From Candidatus Multivoradales bacterium (GTDB taxonomy: Bacteria > Acidobacteriota > Thermoanaerobaculia > Multivoradales > J023), in NCBI GenBank assembly GCA_965248925.1, contig CBDFLE010000006.1, positions 2,976,001 to 3,040,000 of the forward strand: DNA of 64,000 bases, in the 5' to 3' direction. Under the pieces are notes generated by a model. The model saw only the letters and a list, made by a program, of their open reading frames with translations. It did no database searches and had not been told where the DNA came from. The position numbers and the translations under genes are program-made. Of the stretch, positions 29,770 to 38,663 are shown piece by piece; position 1 is the stretch's first letter; every line of letters begins with the position of its first letter.

Positions 29770-30915
29770 TTAGGGGTGGCCGCTGCCCGCTTCACCGCCG
29801 CCGCGGGCGGTGACCAGGTACATGGCAAAGCTGCCCAGCCAATGGCCACCTTCATAGTGGGCACCAGTGACTGCCGCCAGCCCGGCCGCGCGGTGGGCCT
29901 TGGCCGCGGCGCGCAATGCGGTGCTCCGAGGGTCCCCCTCGGGCAGGCCGGCAACGATGCCTTCCAACATCCAGGCGCGACTCAGATTGAGACCGTCGAG
30001 ATGGGCCAGCTTGGGATCGCCAGGGTCGCTGACCACCGCCGGCTCGAGCCAATCAATGCCACCGGTGAGCGGAATCTGTGGCAAGAAGGCACCCAGCCAA
30101 GCAGCAAAAGCGGTTGTTGGCAATACCCGGCGCAGTAGATCAGCCTCGGCCAGGCAGGGTGAGAGGAAGTCATGCCCAGAGGGCTCATAGGCCAGCGGGC
30201 ACCGCTGGTCGGCGCCATAGAGTTCGCGGCTGCGACGCTCGATCAGCTGGACCATCGATGGGTCGCCTGCGACTCGCGCCCAGTCGAGGATCAAGCCAAA
30301 GGCGAAGCCGGTCTGCGAGTGCTCGCCAACGCGAATCGGGTGGGTAAGCTTGGGAATCCAGTTTGCCAGGCGCTGGGCGGCCAGCTGTTCGAGGGGTTCG
30401 AGGGCCGCCACCCAGCGCCGCGCTTGGGGGTCGTCCCACTGGCGCAACTCGGTGGCTAGTTGCAACAGCCAAGCGAGGCCGTAGGGGCGCTCGAACGACA
30501 CCCGGCCGGCACCTTCGAGATAGCGCACTTCGCCGCTGATCTGCTGTGGGCTGAGACTGGCGGCCAAGGCAAGGCGGGCGCGACCGGCGATCTCGGTGGC
30601 AGGGAAACGGCGCGCCAATCGGGCCAGTAACCAATGGCCGTGAACTGACGAATGCCAGTCGTAGCAACCGAAGAATGCCGGGGTCAGCTGTTGCGGAGTA
30701 AGGGCATCCTCACCGTCTTGCAGCACATGGGAGATCTTGTTCGGGTACTGGCGGTGAACGCAGTCGAGCGCCAGATTTCCGAAGCGCTCGGCGAGCTTCT
30801 GCTCGCGGCTCTGGGCAGCCACGGGATTGGCGGCCAGCAATAGCAGGCCCAATAGCGAAGCGATGGGTAGGCAGGGCCTGCGAGCGCTGGTCAAGAACTG
30901 GGCCTTCAACGACAC
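29770..30915 (-). CDS. DUF2891 family protein (secreted)
   Basis: PAFFGCYDWHSSVHGHW, FERPYGLAWLLQL, HLDGLNLSRAWML, YEGGHWLGSFA. Confidence 0.9.
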   Translation of the reverse strand: MSLKAQFLTSARRPCLPIASLLGLLLLAANPVAAQSREQKLAERFGNLALDCVHRQYPNKISHVLQDGEDALTPQQLTPAFFGCYDWHSSVHGHWLLARLARRFPATEIAGRARLALAASLSPQQISGEVRYLEGAGRVSFERPYGLAWLLQLATELRQWDDPQARRWVAALEPLEQLAAQRLANWIPKLTHPIRVGEHSQTGFAFGLILDWARVAGDPSMVQLIERRSRELYGADQRCPLAYEPSGHDFLSPCLAEADLLRRVLPTTAFAAWLGAFLPQIPLTGGIDWLEPAVVSDPGDPKLAHLDGLNLSRAWMLEGIVAGLPEGDPRSTALRAAAKAHRAAGLAAVTGAHYEGGHWLGSFAMYLVTARGGGEAGSGHP

Positions 30916-31102
30916 GGCAAGACTCCGGTTAGGTCAACAAGGTCGAACTGAAGGCCCAGTCTAGCGTCTAGCGGGCGCTTTGCCAGCGACGGCCGCCGGT
31001 GGTGATCCATCCCTAGCACGGCCACGGCGTTGACCAACTACCGGCGGGCTCACGACAGGGCGAGCCGCCGCCGTGAGCCTCTGCCGGTAGCTTGTAGGGC
31101 TG

Positions 31103-31507
31103 CTAGGCGCGCTTGTAAACCATCCCGAGCACTGCCCCACCGACGATGCCGCCGAGCAGACCAATGGCCCCCCAAGTCCAGCACATGTTGTAGGGCCAGT
31201 CAGCGATCACCAGCACGTTGTAGAAGTTGGGGAAGAATCCCACTAAGCCGACAAAGAAGCCGTAGGTGGCACCGCCCTTCCAACCATCTGCCCAAGAGCT
31301 ACGGGTTTTAGCGAAAAGAATGGCGATAGCAAGCCACAGGCATAAAGAGATGGCGAAGAAGTAGGCCGGATTGACTTGCTCTTGTGAGAAGACCTCGGGA
31401 AGACCCTGGTAGGTCTCGGCCATGACAACGCCATGGGCTACGAAATCAAAGAGGTTGCCGACAATACCGGCGGCGACGCCCGACAAGACGATTTTCGTCC
31501 AGTTCAT
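31103..31507 (-). CDS. Small 4-TM membrane protein
   Basis: AGGAGG RBS and four hydrophobic helices. Confidence 0.75.
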   Translation of the reverse strand: MNWTKIVLSGVAAGIVGNLFDFVAHGVVMAETYQGLPEVFSQEQVNPAYFFAISLCLWLAIAILFAKTRSSWADGWKGGATYGFFVGLVGFFPNFYNVLVIADWPYNMCWTWGAIGLLGGIVGGAVLGMVYKRA

Positions 31508-31624
31508 ACAGACCTCCTGGGTAGTTCCCAATCACTGTTTGCGAATGCGTGGCGCCATCCTAGCCTGTGGCGAAGTCAAGCTCAAACACGGGCCCGCGCA
31601 ATCCATCGGCGGTATTTGGCTGCC

Positions 31625-32182
31625 TCAGCTCTCCTGCTCGACGCAGATCTGCTCGGCCTCTTCCGGCGCCAGCGGTAACCGCAGCAGTCGGCAGCGATGG
31701 GGTTCGCCGTCCGGGTCGTCGGCGGCAAAATGACGGCAGGTCCGGCAGAGGCCAAAGGGTCGACCGCCGTTTGCGGCCAGGTGTCGGGTCAGGATCCGCC
31801 GCAGGGCAGTCTCCAGCGAAGCTCGATCTTGCGCACCGGCTGCGCCGATCGAGGCACCGATGTGGGTCAGCGGGTCTTCGCGCAGCAGCTCCTGGCCCGC
31901 GGCGGTTAGCTCCAACTCGATCGAGCGCTTGTCCGCCGCCAGCGGCTGTTTGCGCACCCAGCCTTTGCGCTGCAATGCCATCAAGGTCTGCGACACTGTG
32001 CCCTTGGTAGATCCCAGATATGTGGTCAGGGCGGTGGGTGTGCGCGAAAAACGATTGGCCCGCGCCAAATAGCGCAACACCTCCCACTGCACCGGCCTTA
32101 GGCCCTGGTGGTGCCCATCGTTGACCATCAGGCGGCCGAGGCGTTCAAGCAGCAGGGCTATTGGGTCTGGAGTTTCAGCCAT
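31625..32182 (-). CDS. MarR family regulator with a C-terminal 4-Cys domain
   Basis: QWEVLRYLARANRFS, STKGTVSQT, DKRS..L.LT..G. C-terminal FGLCRTCRHF...HRC.LL...ICVE. Confidence 0.9.
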   Translation of the reverse strand: MAETPDPIALLLERLGRLMVNDGHHQGLRPVQWEVLRYLARANRFSRTPTALTTYLGSTKGTVSQTLMALQRKGWVRKQPLAADKRSIELELTAAGQELLREDPLTHIGASIGAAGAQDRASLETALRRILTRHLAANGGRPFGLCRTCRHFAADDPDGEPHRCRLLRLPLAPEEAEQICVEQES

Positions 32183-32192
32183 CTAGATAAAA

Positions 32193-32255
32193 TAGCGACT
32201 CGAAACCATCTTGACAAGCAGGAGTTGGTTCCTTAGTATTGGTATCGACTCGCTA
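32193..32255 (+). promoter_or_regulatory. Sigma70 promoter (TTGACA-17-TAGTAT) bracketed by two inverted 16-bp operator copies
   Basis: TTGACA at 32211-16 and TAGTAT at 32234-39. TAGCGACTCGAAACCA (32193-208) and TGGTATCGACTCGCTA (32240-55) are a 14/16 inverted match. Confidence 0.8.
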
Positions 32256-32283
32256 CTAACTGATACAAACTAAGGAAGTAATC

Positions 32284-33054
32284 ATGAAAATCAAGCTACA
32301 ACTCGTCGGCCTCCTATCCATCGTCTTTCTGGGTGCGGCTACCTTCGGTGCTGGGGTGGTGGTGGCGGCTGAACCCGCGCCGCTGGCCGGGTCGGCGGAT
32401 CTCGATCTGCGGCGGGCCCGAGTCTCTTACCAGGCCGACCTCGACCTGCTGGTCTTCGAACTACAGGTGGCCGGCAAGGCCGGTGCTACTTTGCCCAAAG
32501 CTGCCGGGCAGATGGATGGTGCCCCGGTCCTGGCCTATGTCTTCCCCACCACGCTGAAACCCGAGCAGGTCGGTTTTGCTGCCGGCGAGGGCACCCTGGC
32601 CTTGGTCGCCACCAGCCACCCTGACTTTGATGACACGCCGCTGTGGGACGAGAGCGGCAATGGCAGTTCTACGGATACCAGCGACGGCAGGATCTTCCAC
32701 TCGCATTGGGTGGTGCTGGTGCCCGATTCGCGAGTCGCCGGCGGTCTGTCGGTCAAGGCGGTGCAGGGTAGTGAGTTCGACAAGGAGCTGCCGGCGACCG
32801 CTCCGGGGATGCCTATCTATCTTGATTCCCCCGGTTTCTCAGTGGTGATGCGGGGCGATCGGCTGCGGATTCCAGTGCCTGCTTGGAGGATTCGCGACCT
32901 CGGCGATTTTCGTTTCGACGCTGTCACCGCCTACCTGCAAGTCAACACCTCAGATAGCGAGCGCCCCACTCTTGGGGTTTACAAGATCTACGAAGTGCTG
33001 AGTGGCGACCTGAGTTTGCCGCAGGTCTTCGATTCGCGGAAAGTAGATCGCTAG
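32284..33054 (+). CDS. Secreted protein of unknown function with His/Asp-rich motifs
   Basis: Signal peptide, ATSHPDFDDTPLWDE, FHSHWVVLV and PGMPIYLDSP. Divergent from the MarR gene. Confidence 0.8.
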   Translation: MKIKLQLVGLLSIVFLGAATFGAGVVVAAEPAPLAGSADLDLRRARVSYQADLDLLVFELQVAGKAGATLPKAAGQMDGAPVLAYVFPTTLKPEQVGFAAGEGTLALVATSHPDFDDTPLWDESGNGSSTDTSDGRIFHSHWVVLVPDSRVAGGLSVKAVQGSEFDKELPATAPGMPIYLDSPGFSVVMRGDRLRIPVPAWRIRDLGDFRFDAVTAYLQVNTSDSERPTLGVYKIYEVLSGDLSLPQVFDSRKVDR

Positions 33055-33269
33055 GGGAACAGCCGATACCAGCGCAGTGTTTTATCGCGTTTCGCGGCGG
33101 CCAGCTTCCTGGCCGGTCGTGGGTCAGATCAAGCCCGCGCCTGCGAACGATTGGGGCGGGTGAAACGTATTGCAAGAAAAGCGTTATGGCGCTGCTGCTG
33201 CCCAGCAGCGTCATTCTGCATCCGTTAGGATGAGAATGCGTTGGAGATGGCTATACTTTGGAGGAACAT

Positions 33270-34973
33270 ATGTCCCAAATACGACAAAAGATTTTTCTGG
33301 GTCTGCCTTGCTTGGCTCCCCTGAGCTGGGCACTGTTGGTCAGTGTTGCTTTGCTGTGGGTGCCGCAGGCGAGCGCCCAATCTTCGCCGTCGGCCGTCTT
33401 TGGTGAGCAGGTCGACGTACGAGTGATCAACCTGGAAGCGGTCGTCACCGATCGCTCAGGTTCCTTTGTCCCCGGTTTGACCAGTGCTGACTTTCGCCTA
33501 TTGGTCGACGGTCGTGAAGTGCCGGTGCAGTATTTCAGCGAGATCCGCGATCAGGTGGCGCAGGCATCCGAACAAGAGGGCGAGACGGCAGGTGTGCCAG
33601 CCGTTACCGCGGGACAGAAGGTTGGCACTAGCTATCTACTGTTCATCGACAACTTCTTCGGCATCAAGGCCGATCGCGACCGAGTGCTCAACAAACTGCG
33701 CGACGACCTGGAGGTCTTCGACGACGTCGATCAGATGGCGATTGTTGCCTTTGACGGTCGACGACTCGAGATGCTGCGCAACTGGTCGCACTCTGCGGCC
33801 GAGTTGTCGCGAGTTTTGCTCAAGGCCAAAGAGGCCAGTGCTTTCGGCCTGCAGCGCCGCGGCGAGCTCAATCGTTTCGAATCACAGAACCAATTCCAAT
33901 CGGCAGGGCTAATTCAGGAAACAACCAATACGATTTTGGAGGACTACCTCCATACCCTCAGTCGGCAAGTAGATAGCGCGTTGGCCGCGGCAACTACGGC
34001 GCTGCGGACTTTTGCCAACCCGTCGGGTCGAAAGGTGATGCTCTTGGCCGCCGGAGGCTGGCCAGAGAACTTGCGAGTATTCGCAGTGGGAGAAAACTTC
34101 TCGAGCCGGCGTTACGCCAACATCTACTCTCCCAAACAGGGCTTCGACAACCTCGCCAGCACCGCCAATCTGCTGGGCTACACTCTGTATCCGATCGATA
34201 TGCCCGGCTTGCGCACTACCGGTTCTGGTGCGGGCGAGAGTCTCATTGAACGTCAGAACGGGGGGAGTCTACAGTCTGGCTCGATCAATATTGCCGCTCA
34301 GGGTTTGAGTACCTATCGCGAGAACACGGTCGAGTCGACATTGCTGGTTCTGGCCCGAGAGACCGGTGGCGAGGCACTGATCAACGGCTTGCGCGACCGC
34401 GCCTTGGCCATTGTTCGAGCGGATCTGAACTCCTACTACTGGCTCGGATTCTCGCCCCGCCGGAATCGTGATGACCAGGTGCATGAGATCGAGATCGAAG
34501 TCTTGCGTCCGGGTTTGGAGGTTCGCAGCCGCAGAGGTTTCAAAGACCTGTCGCGTTCCACCGAGGTCACGATGCAGGTCGAGAGCGAGCTGCTCTTCGA
34601 CTCGACCTTCGATCGGGGCCCACGTCTAGAAGTCACGGTTGGCCAAGTGAAGAAAGCGCGCAAGGGGCTCAAGGTTGATGTGTTGTTGCGGGTGCCGCTC
34701 GACCAGGTGATTATGCTGCCGGTCAAGGGTGGTTTCGAGGCCAATCTGGAACTCCGCGTCGCGGCTCTCGAAGAAGACGGTGACCGCTCCGAGATCCCGG
34801 TGGTACCGGTGAAATTCGGTGGCCCCACCGCGCCCCAAGCAGGCCAGTATGCCACCTACCAGACCACCTTGCAGCTCCGCCGCAAGAAGCAGCGGCTGGT
34901 GCTGGCCCTCTACGATCTAGCCGGCGACGGCTTGCTCACCGCAGAATTGGAATTCAACCCGAAAGGCTTTTGA
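33270..34973 (+). CDS. Acidobacterial VWFA-related domain protein (secreted)
   Basis: VDVRVINLEAVVTDRSG..V.GL...DF, GRKVMLL, LARETGG, YYWLGFSP, VRSRRGF. Confidence 0.85.
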   Translation: MSQIRQKIFLGLPCLAPLSWALLVSVALLWVPQASAQSSPSAVFGEQVDVRVINLEAVVTDRSGSFVPGLTSADFRLLVDGREVPVQYFSEIRDQVAQASEQEGETAGVPAVTAGQKVGTSYLLFIDNFFGIKADRDRVLNKLRDDLEVFDDVDQMAIVAFDGRRLEMLRNWSHSAAELSRVLLKAKEASAFGLQRRGELNRFESQNQFQSAGLIQETTNTILEDYLHTLSRQVDSALAAATTALRTFANPSGRKVMLLAAGGWPENLRVFAVGENFSSRRYANIYSPKQGFDNLASTANLLGYTLYPIDMPGLRTTGSGAGESLIERQNGGSLQSGSINIAAQGLSTYRENTVESTLLVLARETGGEALINGLRDRALAIVRADLNSYYWLGFSPRRNRDDQVHEIEIEVLRPGLEVRSRRGFKDLSRSTEVTMQVESELLFDSTFDRGPRLEVTVGQVKKARKGLKVDVLLRVPLDQVIMLPVKGGFEANLELRVAALEEDGDRSEIPVVPVKFGGPTAPQAGQYATYQTTLQLRRKKQRLVLALYDLAGDGLLTAELEFNPKGF

Positions 34974-35052
34974 AGTCGCCTTGGGCCGCCTGTCAAGGAA
35001 TCAGTACATCTTGGAAGATCCTGTAGGCCGCACGACATTGCGGCATCTTCGA

Positions 35053-35934
35053 TCAGCCGTAGGAGTACTGGTACCCTCCCCGTAACCACAGTTTCTGGCC
35101 GCTGCTCTCGACCTCCAGAGCGAAGCTCAGATTCTGTCTGATCTGACCTGGGCTGTGGTCGATGATCGACAAGACCGTACCGCCAGCCTGGCAACCCAAA
35201 GTGAAAGCACCGTTGATCATCGACTGCCCATTTTGGTTGCGAAATGAGGCGGTCTTGATACCGACCGCGTTGAACTTCATACCCCCAGCGGGCTTGACCC
35301 TGGGGTTGGGTTCGAGCTTCCAGGTAATCTCGACCGCGGTCGCGGTAGTGCCGTCCAGCAGCTTGATGGCACCTGTGGAATCTATGCTGTAGGCGACCGG
35401 GTTGGCCTTGCTGGCCGGAGGTGATTGTGTCGGCTTGAAAATGAAGGTGGGAGCATTGGTGACATCTTGCCCGGCATTGTAGAGGATAGTTGCTTCGATC
35501 TTGCCAACGCCACCGCCGTTGCCGAAAGGATCGTTGGAGCCTTGGTTGTAGATCCTGGGATCCAAGGAGGTGTCGGAGTCGTCGTCGAGTTTGAAGAACA
35601 GATCGTAGAGATAGGACTTGCCGTTCTTTGACGCCCCGTCGAGGACGGTGATCGACGAGCGATTGGCGGCCACCTTGACCACCTTCAAGTCGGAGTTGAG
35701 TTTGATCGGGAGTGCTGAGTCGAGGAAGGTCTCGGTGTAGTCCCAGCCCCGTTTCCAGATCCCGAAGGTGGTGATCTTGGCCGGGGACGGTACGGTGAAA
35801 TCGAGTTGCAGAGAATCGAACGCACCCACTTGGATCCAATCTGTCCCTACCGTGAGTTGCCCTTTCTGAAAGGGTTTCATTTGCACTCTCGATGTTGAAA
35901 CGTCGAGGTCGATGGTTTTCCTGGTCACGGCCAT
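35053..35934 (-). CDS. Hypothetical two-domain beta-rich protein, last gene of the ECF-kinase operon
   Basis: AAGGAG RBS and a 10-nt overlap with the upstream kinase. First domain ends YLYDLF...SLDPRIYNQG. No signal peptide. Confidence 0.7.
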   Translation of the reverse strand: MAVTRKTIDLDVSTSRVQMKPFQKGQLTVGTDWIQVGAFDSLQLDFTVPSPAKITTFGIWKRGWDYTETFLDSALPIKLNSDLKVVKVAANRSSITVLDGASKNGKSYLYDLFFKLDDDSDTSLDPRIYNQGSNDPFGNGGGVGKIEATILYNAGQDVTNAPTFIFKPTQSPPASKANPVAYSIDSTGAIKLLDGTTATAVEITWKLEPNPRVKPAGGMKFNAVGIKTASFRNQNGQSMINGAFTLGCQAGGTVLSIIDHSPGQIRQNLSFALEVESSGQKLWLRGGYQYSYG

Positions 35935-38663
35935 GTCGGATCTCCTTTTCTGCGGCCGTCAGCATGTTGGCCTGGTGGACGGTTTTGCGGGCTACGCCAC
36001 CGCAGCTCGGCAAGTGCGATACCGCGATCGGCGAGCTGCTCAGCCAGTCTCTGCGCTTGCTCGGTACGGCCGAGCCGATGCAGGGCTCGAGCACGGTTGA
36101 CGAGTAGAGGGCTGGTGCCCTCGCTTGCGGCCCGCTCGGTTAGCGTCAGCACCCTCTGCCAGCGCCGCCGGGCTTGGTCTGGCTGGCCAAGCTCCGCCGC
36201 GGCCGAGCCGAGCAGCAAGTGCAGCCGGCTTAGTAGGCCGAGGTCCTCGGTGTCGGGAGGGTCGCTGTCGCCGAGCAAGTGGAGGGCTCGCTGAGCATCC
36301 TGGGTGGCTGTTTCCCACTGGCGGTCGGCGTGGAACAGGAAGGCTCGTCGGTAGCCTGCCAGAGCGCCGATGCGGCGCACTTCGCGATGCCCAGCATCGA
36401 GATCTTCCAGACCTTCGGCGATCTTGCCGAGTCGGCTCCAGGTCAGGCGTGCGGCAGCCCGGCGCTCGGTGTGCCATTCGATCGCTCCCAGCTTCTGCAC
36501 CGTTCTGGCGAGTTTGGCTTGCCAGCGGAGGTTCTGTGGATCGTGGGAACGCAGTTGGCTGAACATCGCTTCGGCCCGCCGCAGGTGATCTTCGGCCTCT
36601 GGCCATTGGGCCAAGACGAATAGCAGCTCGCCTTGATAATCCAAGGCGGTGGCCAGGTGGTCGCGAAAGATCAGGTTATCGGGCTGGCGCGCGGTGAGCC
36701 AGCGGCGCTCGGCCAGCTCGGAGGCGAAGCCGCCGCGAGCGGTTTCGAACTTGCCGAAGTGGCTGGCCAGTACCGCCAGCAGGTTGTGGGTTGCGGCCAA
36801 CTCGAAGCGGTAGCGGGCGTTTTCTGGCTCGCGATCGACCAGCTCTTGGTTGATCTCGAGGGTGGCCGAGAAGCGTTGCCGAGCGGCGCCGAGCTCGCCG
36901 AGTTCTTGCAGCACCGAACCCAGGTTGCTCTGGGCATAGGCCAACTCGAGTTGGTAGTCGAGATTCTCGCCGCGCAGCTCGACCAGGCGTTCGGAGAGGT
37001 CTAGATAGGCTTCGAAATGGTGCCGAGCGGCGGCGCTTTTTTGCTGGTCCCAATAGGCCTTGCCGACCCAGAAGTGGCTCTGCCCAAGATCAAACAGGCG
37101 CCGCGGATTTTGTGCTGCGCGATCAGCCAATGCCTGAGCCAGGTCGAGAGACTCTTCGAGGGGTGGGAGGGCGCCGCTGAAGTCGAAACGCTCCAGCCGC
37201 ACCTCGCCGATCTGGTAAAGGGCGCGCGAGCGAAAAGCCAGCTCATCGTCGCTCAGCTCAGCCTCGGGCACGGCGGAGAAGTAGGCCATTGCGCGCTCGC
37301 CGATCTCGTCGAGAATCTCCAGCCGGCCGACCGCGGCCAGCTTTTGTCGCAAGCTGGTCAGCATGTAGCCGATCATGTCCTCGGCCTGGGCTCGGCGGTC
37401 GGCGGCTCGGCGGTTGGCCAGCCTTGCTTCGACGCCCAGCGCCGCGGCGATGACCAGGGCACCGATCAACAGCACGGTGGCGATGGCGCCGACGCTCAAG
37501 ATCCACCGGTGGCGCACCGCGAAACGGCTCAAGCGTTCGGCACGGCTGGTGGCGTAGGCCGCGACCTCCTCGCCATCGAGATAGCGCCACAGATCCTCGG
37601 CCAGTGCCCGCGCCGAGCGATAGCGCTGCTCAGGATCCTTGGCCAGACAGCGGTGGACGATCGCCGCCAGGTCTTTCGGCAAGGAACTCAGCCGCTGACG
37701 CAAGGGCACGGGAGGGTCGTCATGGATCGATCGCAGCAGAGCGGGCAGAGTATCGCCGGAGTGCGGCAGTTGGCCGCAGAGAAGTTGGTAGAGGGTGACG
37801 CCGAGGGCGTAGATATCGGCCCGCCGATCCGGTTGGGCGTTGGCTTCGAGCGCTTCGGGAGCCATGTAGACGGGCGTGCCGGCAGTCGGAGCGGAGCTAT
37901 CGTCAGTGCCGCCGCCGGCCGCGGGCTCTTGCCAGGCGGCGACGCCGAAATCGGTCAACCACGGGGTCCAGCCGCCGTGATCGTTGGCTTCTACCAGGAT
38001 ATTCGAGGGCTTGATGTCGCGATGGATCAGCCCCCGGCCGTGGGCTACTTGCAGACCTTCGGCAATTTGGGCCAGCAAGCGCACCCGCTGCTCGATAGCG
38101 ATCTCTTCGCCGAGTTGCAACACGGTTGGGCCGTCGACCCAGCGCATCGAGATGTAGGGTCGCTGATCAAGCTCGCCGGTGTCGTAGACCTCCAGGATGG
38201 CCGGGTGACGCACCCCTGCCTGCGCCCGAGCCTCGCGTAGTAGCAAGTCGCTCTGCCGCGGGTCAGCATGGTCGAGGAACTTGAGTGCCACGGGACGTTG
38301 CAAGTGGCGATCGAAAGCCTTGTAGACGGTTGCCATGCCGCCTTCGCCGAGGGGGTCGCCGATCTCATAGCGATCCTCGGGCGAACTCTCAGGTGCAGCG
38401 GCCGCGCTGGCTTCGAGCACTGCTTCGAGAAGGTCTGCGGCCGGCACGGCAAGAAAACTCGCTGGCAGATCCGCCGCTTGCCGCAGGCGCTGTTCAGCTT
38501 CGGCGAGCAGCCGCGGTTGGGTCACCGTCAGCCGACGCAAGTAGGATTTGCGCTCGCCGGTGTCGAGAGCAGAAATCTCGAGCAGCATTTTGCCGATTCG
38601 CAACTCAGTCTTGGCGCCGAACGTCGCGACCCTGCGGTCGGGAGTCGGCGATGCTTCAGCCAT
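35925..38663 (-). CDS. Ser/Thr protein kinase with a TM and TPR sensor domain
   Basis: LGEGGMATVY, VALK, HRDIKPSNIL, DFG, GTPVYMAPE, DIYALG, then a TM and TPRs. Confidence 0.93.
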   Translation of the reverse strand: MAEASPTPDRRVATFGAKTELRIGKMLLEISALDTGERKSYLRRLTVTQPRLLAEAEQRLRQAADLPASFLAVPAADLLEAVLEASAAAAPESSPEDRYEIGDPLGEGGMATVYKAFDRHLQRPVALKFLDHADPRQSDLLLREARAQAGVRHPAILEVYDTGELDQRPYISMRWVDGPTVLQLGEEIAIEQRVRLLAQIAEGLQVAHGRGLIHRDIKPSNILVEANDHGGWTPWLTDFGVAAWQEPAAGGGTDDSSAPTAGTPVYMAPEALEANAQPDRRADIYALGVTLYQLLCGQLPHSGDTLPALLRSIHDDPPVPLRQRLSSLPKDLAAIVHRCLAKDPEQRYRSARALAEDLWRYLDGEEVAAYATSRAERLSRFAVRHRWILSVGAIATVLLIGALVIAAALGVEARLANRRAADRRAQAEDMIGYMLTSLRQKLAAVGRLEILDEIGERAMAYFSAVPEAELSDDELAFRSRALYQIGEVRLERFDFSGALPPLEESLDLAQALADRAAQNPRRLFDLGQSHFWVGKAYWDQQKSAAARHHFEAYLDLSERLVELRGENLDYQLELAYAQSNLGSVLQELGELGAARQRFSATLEINQELVDREPENARYRFELAATHNLLAVLASHFGKFETARGGFASELAERRWLTARQPDNLIFRDHLATALDYQGELLFVLAQWPEAEDHLRRAEAMFSQLRSHDPQNLRWQAKLARTVQKLGAIEWHTERRAAARLTWSRLGKIAEGLEDLDAGHREVRRIGALAGYRRAFLFHADRQWETATQDAQRALHLLGDSDPPDTEDLGLLSRLHLLLGSAAAELGQPDQARRRWQRVLTLTERAASEGTSPLLVNRARALHRLGRTEQAQRLAEQLADRGIALAELRWRSPQNRPPGQHADGRRKGDPTWP

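Noticed and set aside
37017-38240. 407-aa plus-strand ORF, and the 394-aa ORF at 34910..36094
   Set aside because: Shadow or alternate-frame ORFs over the kinase and the 293-aa gene, with no recognisable features.
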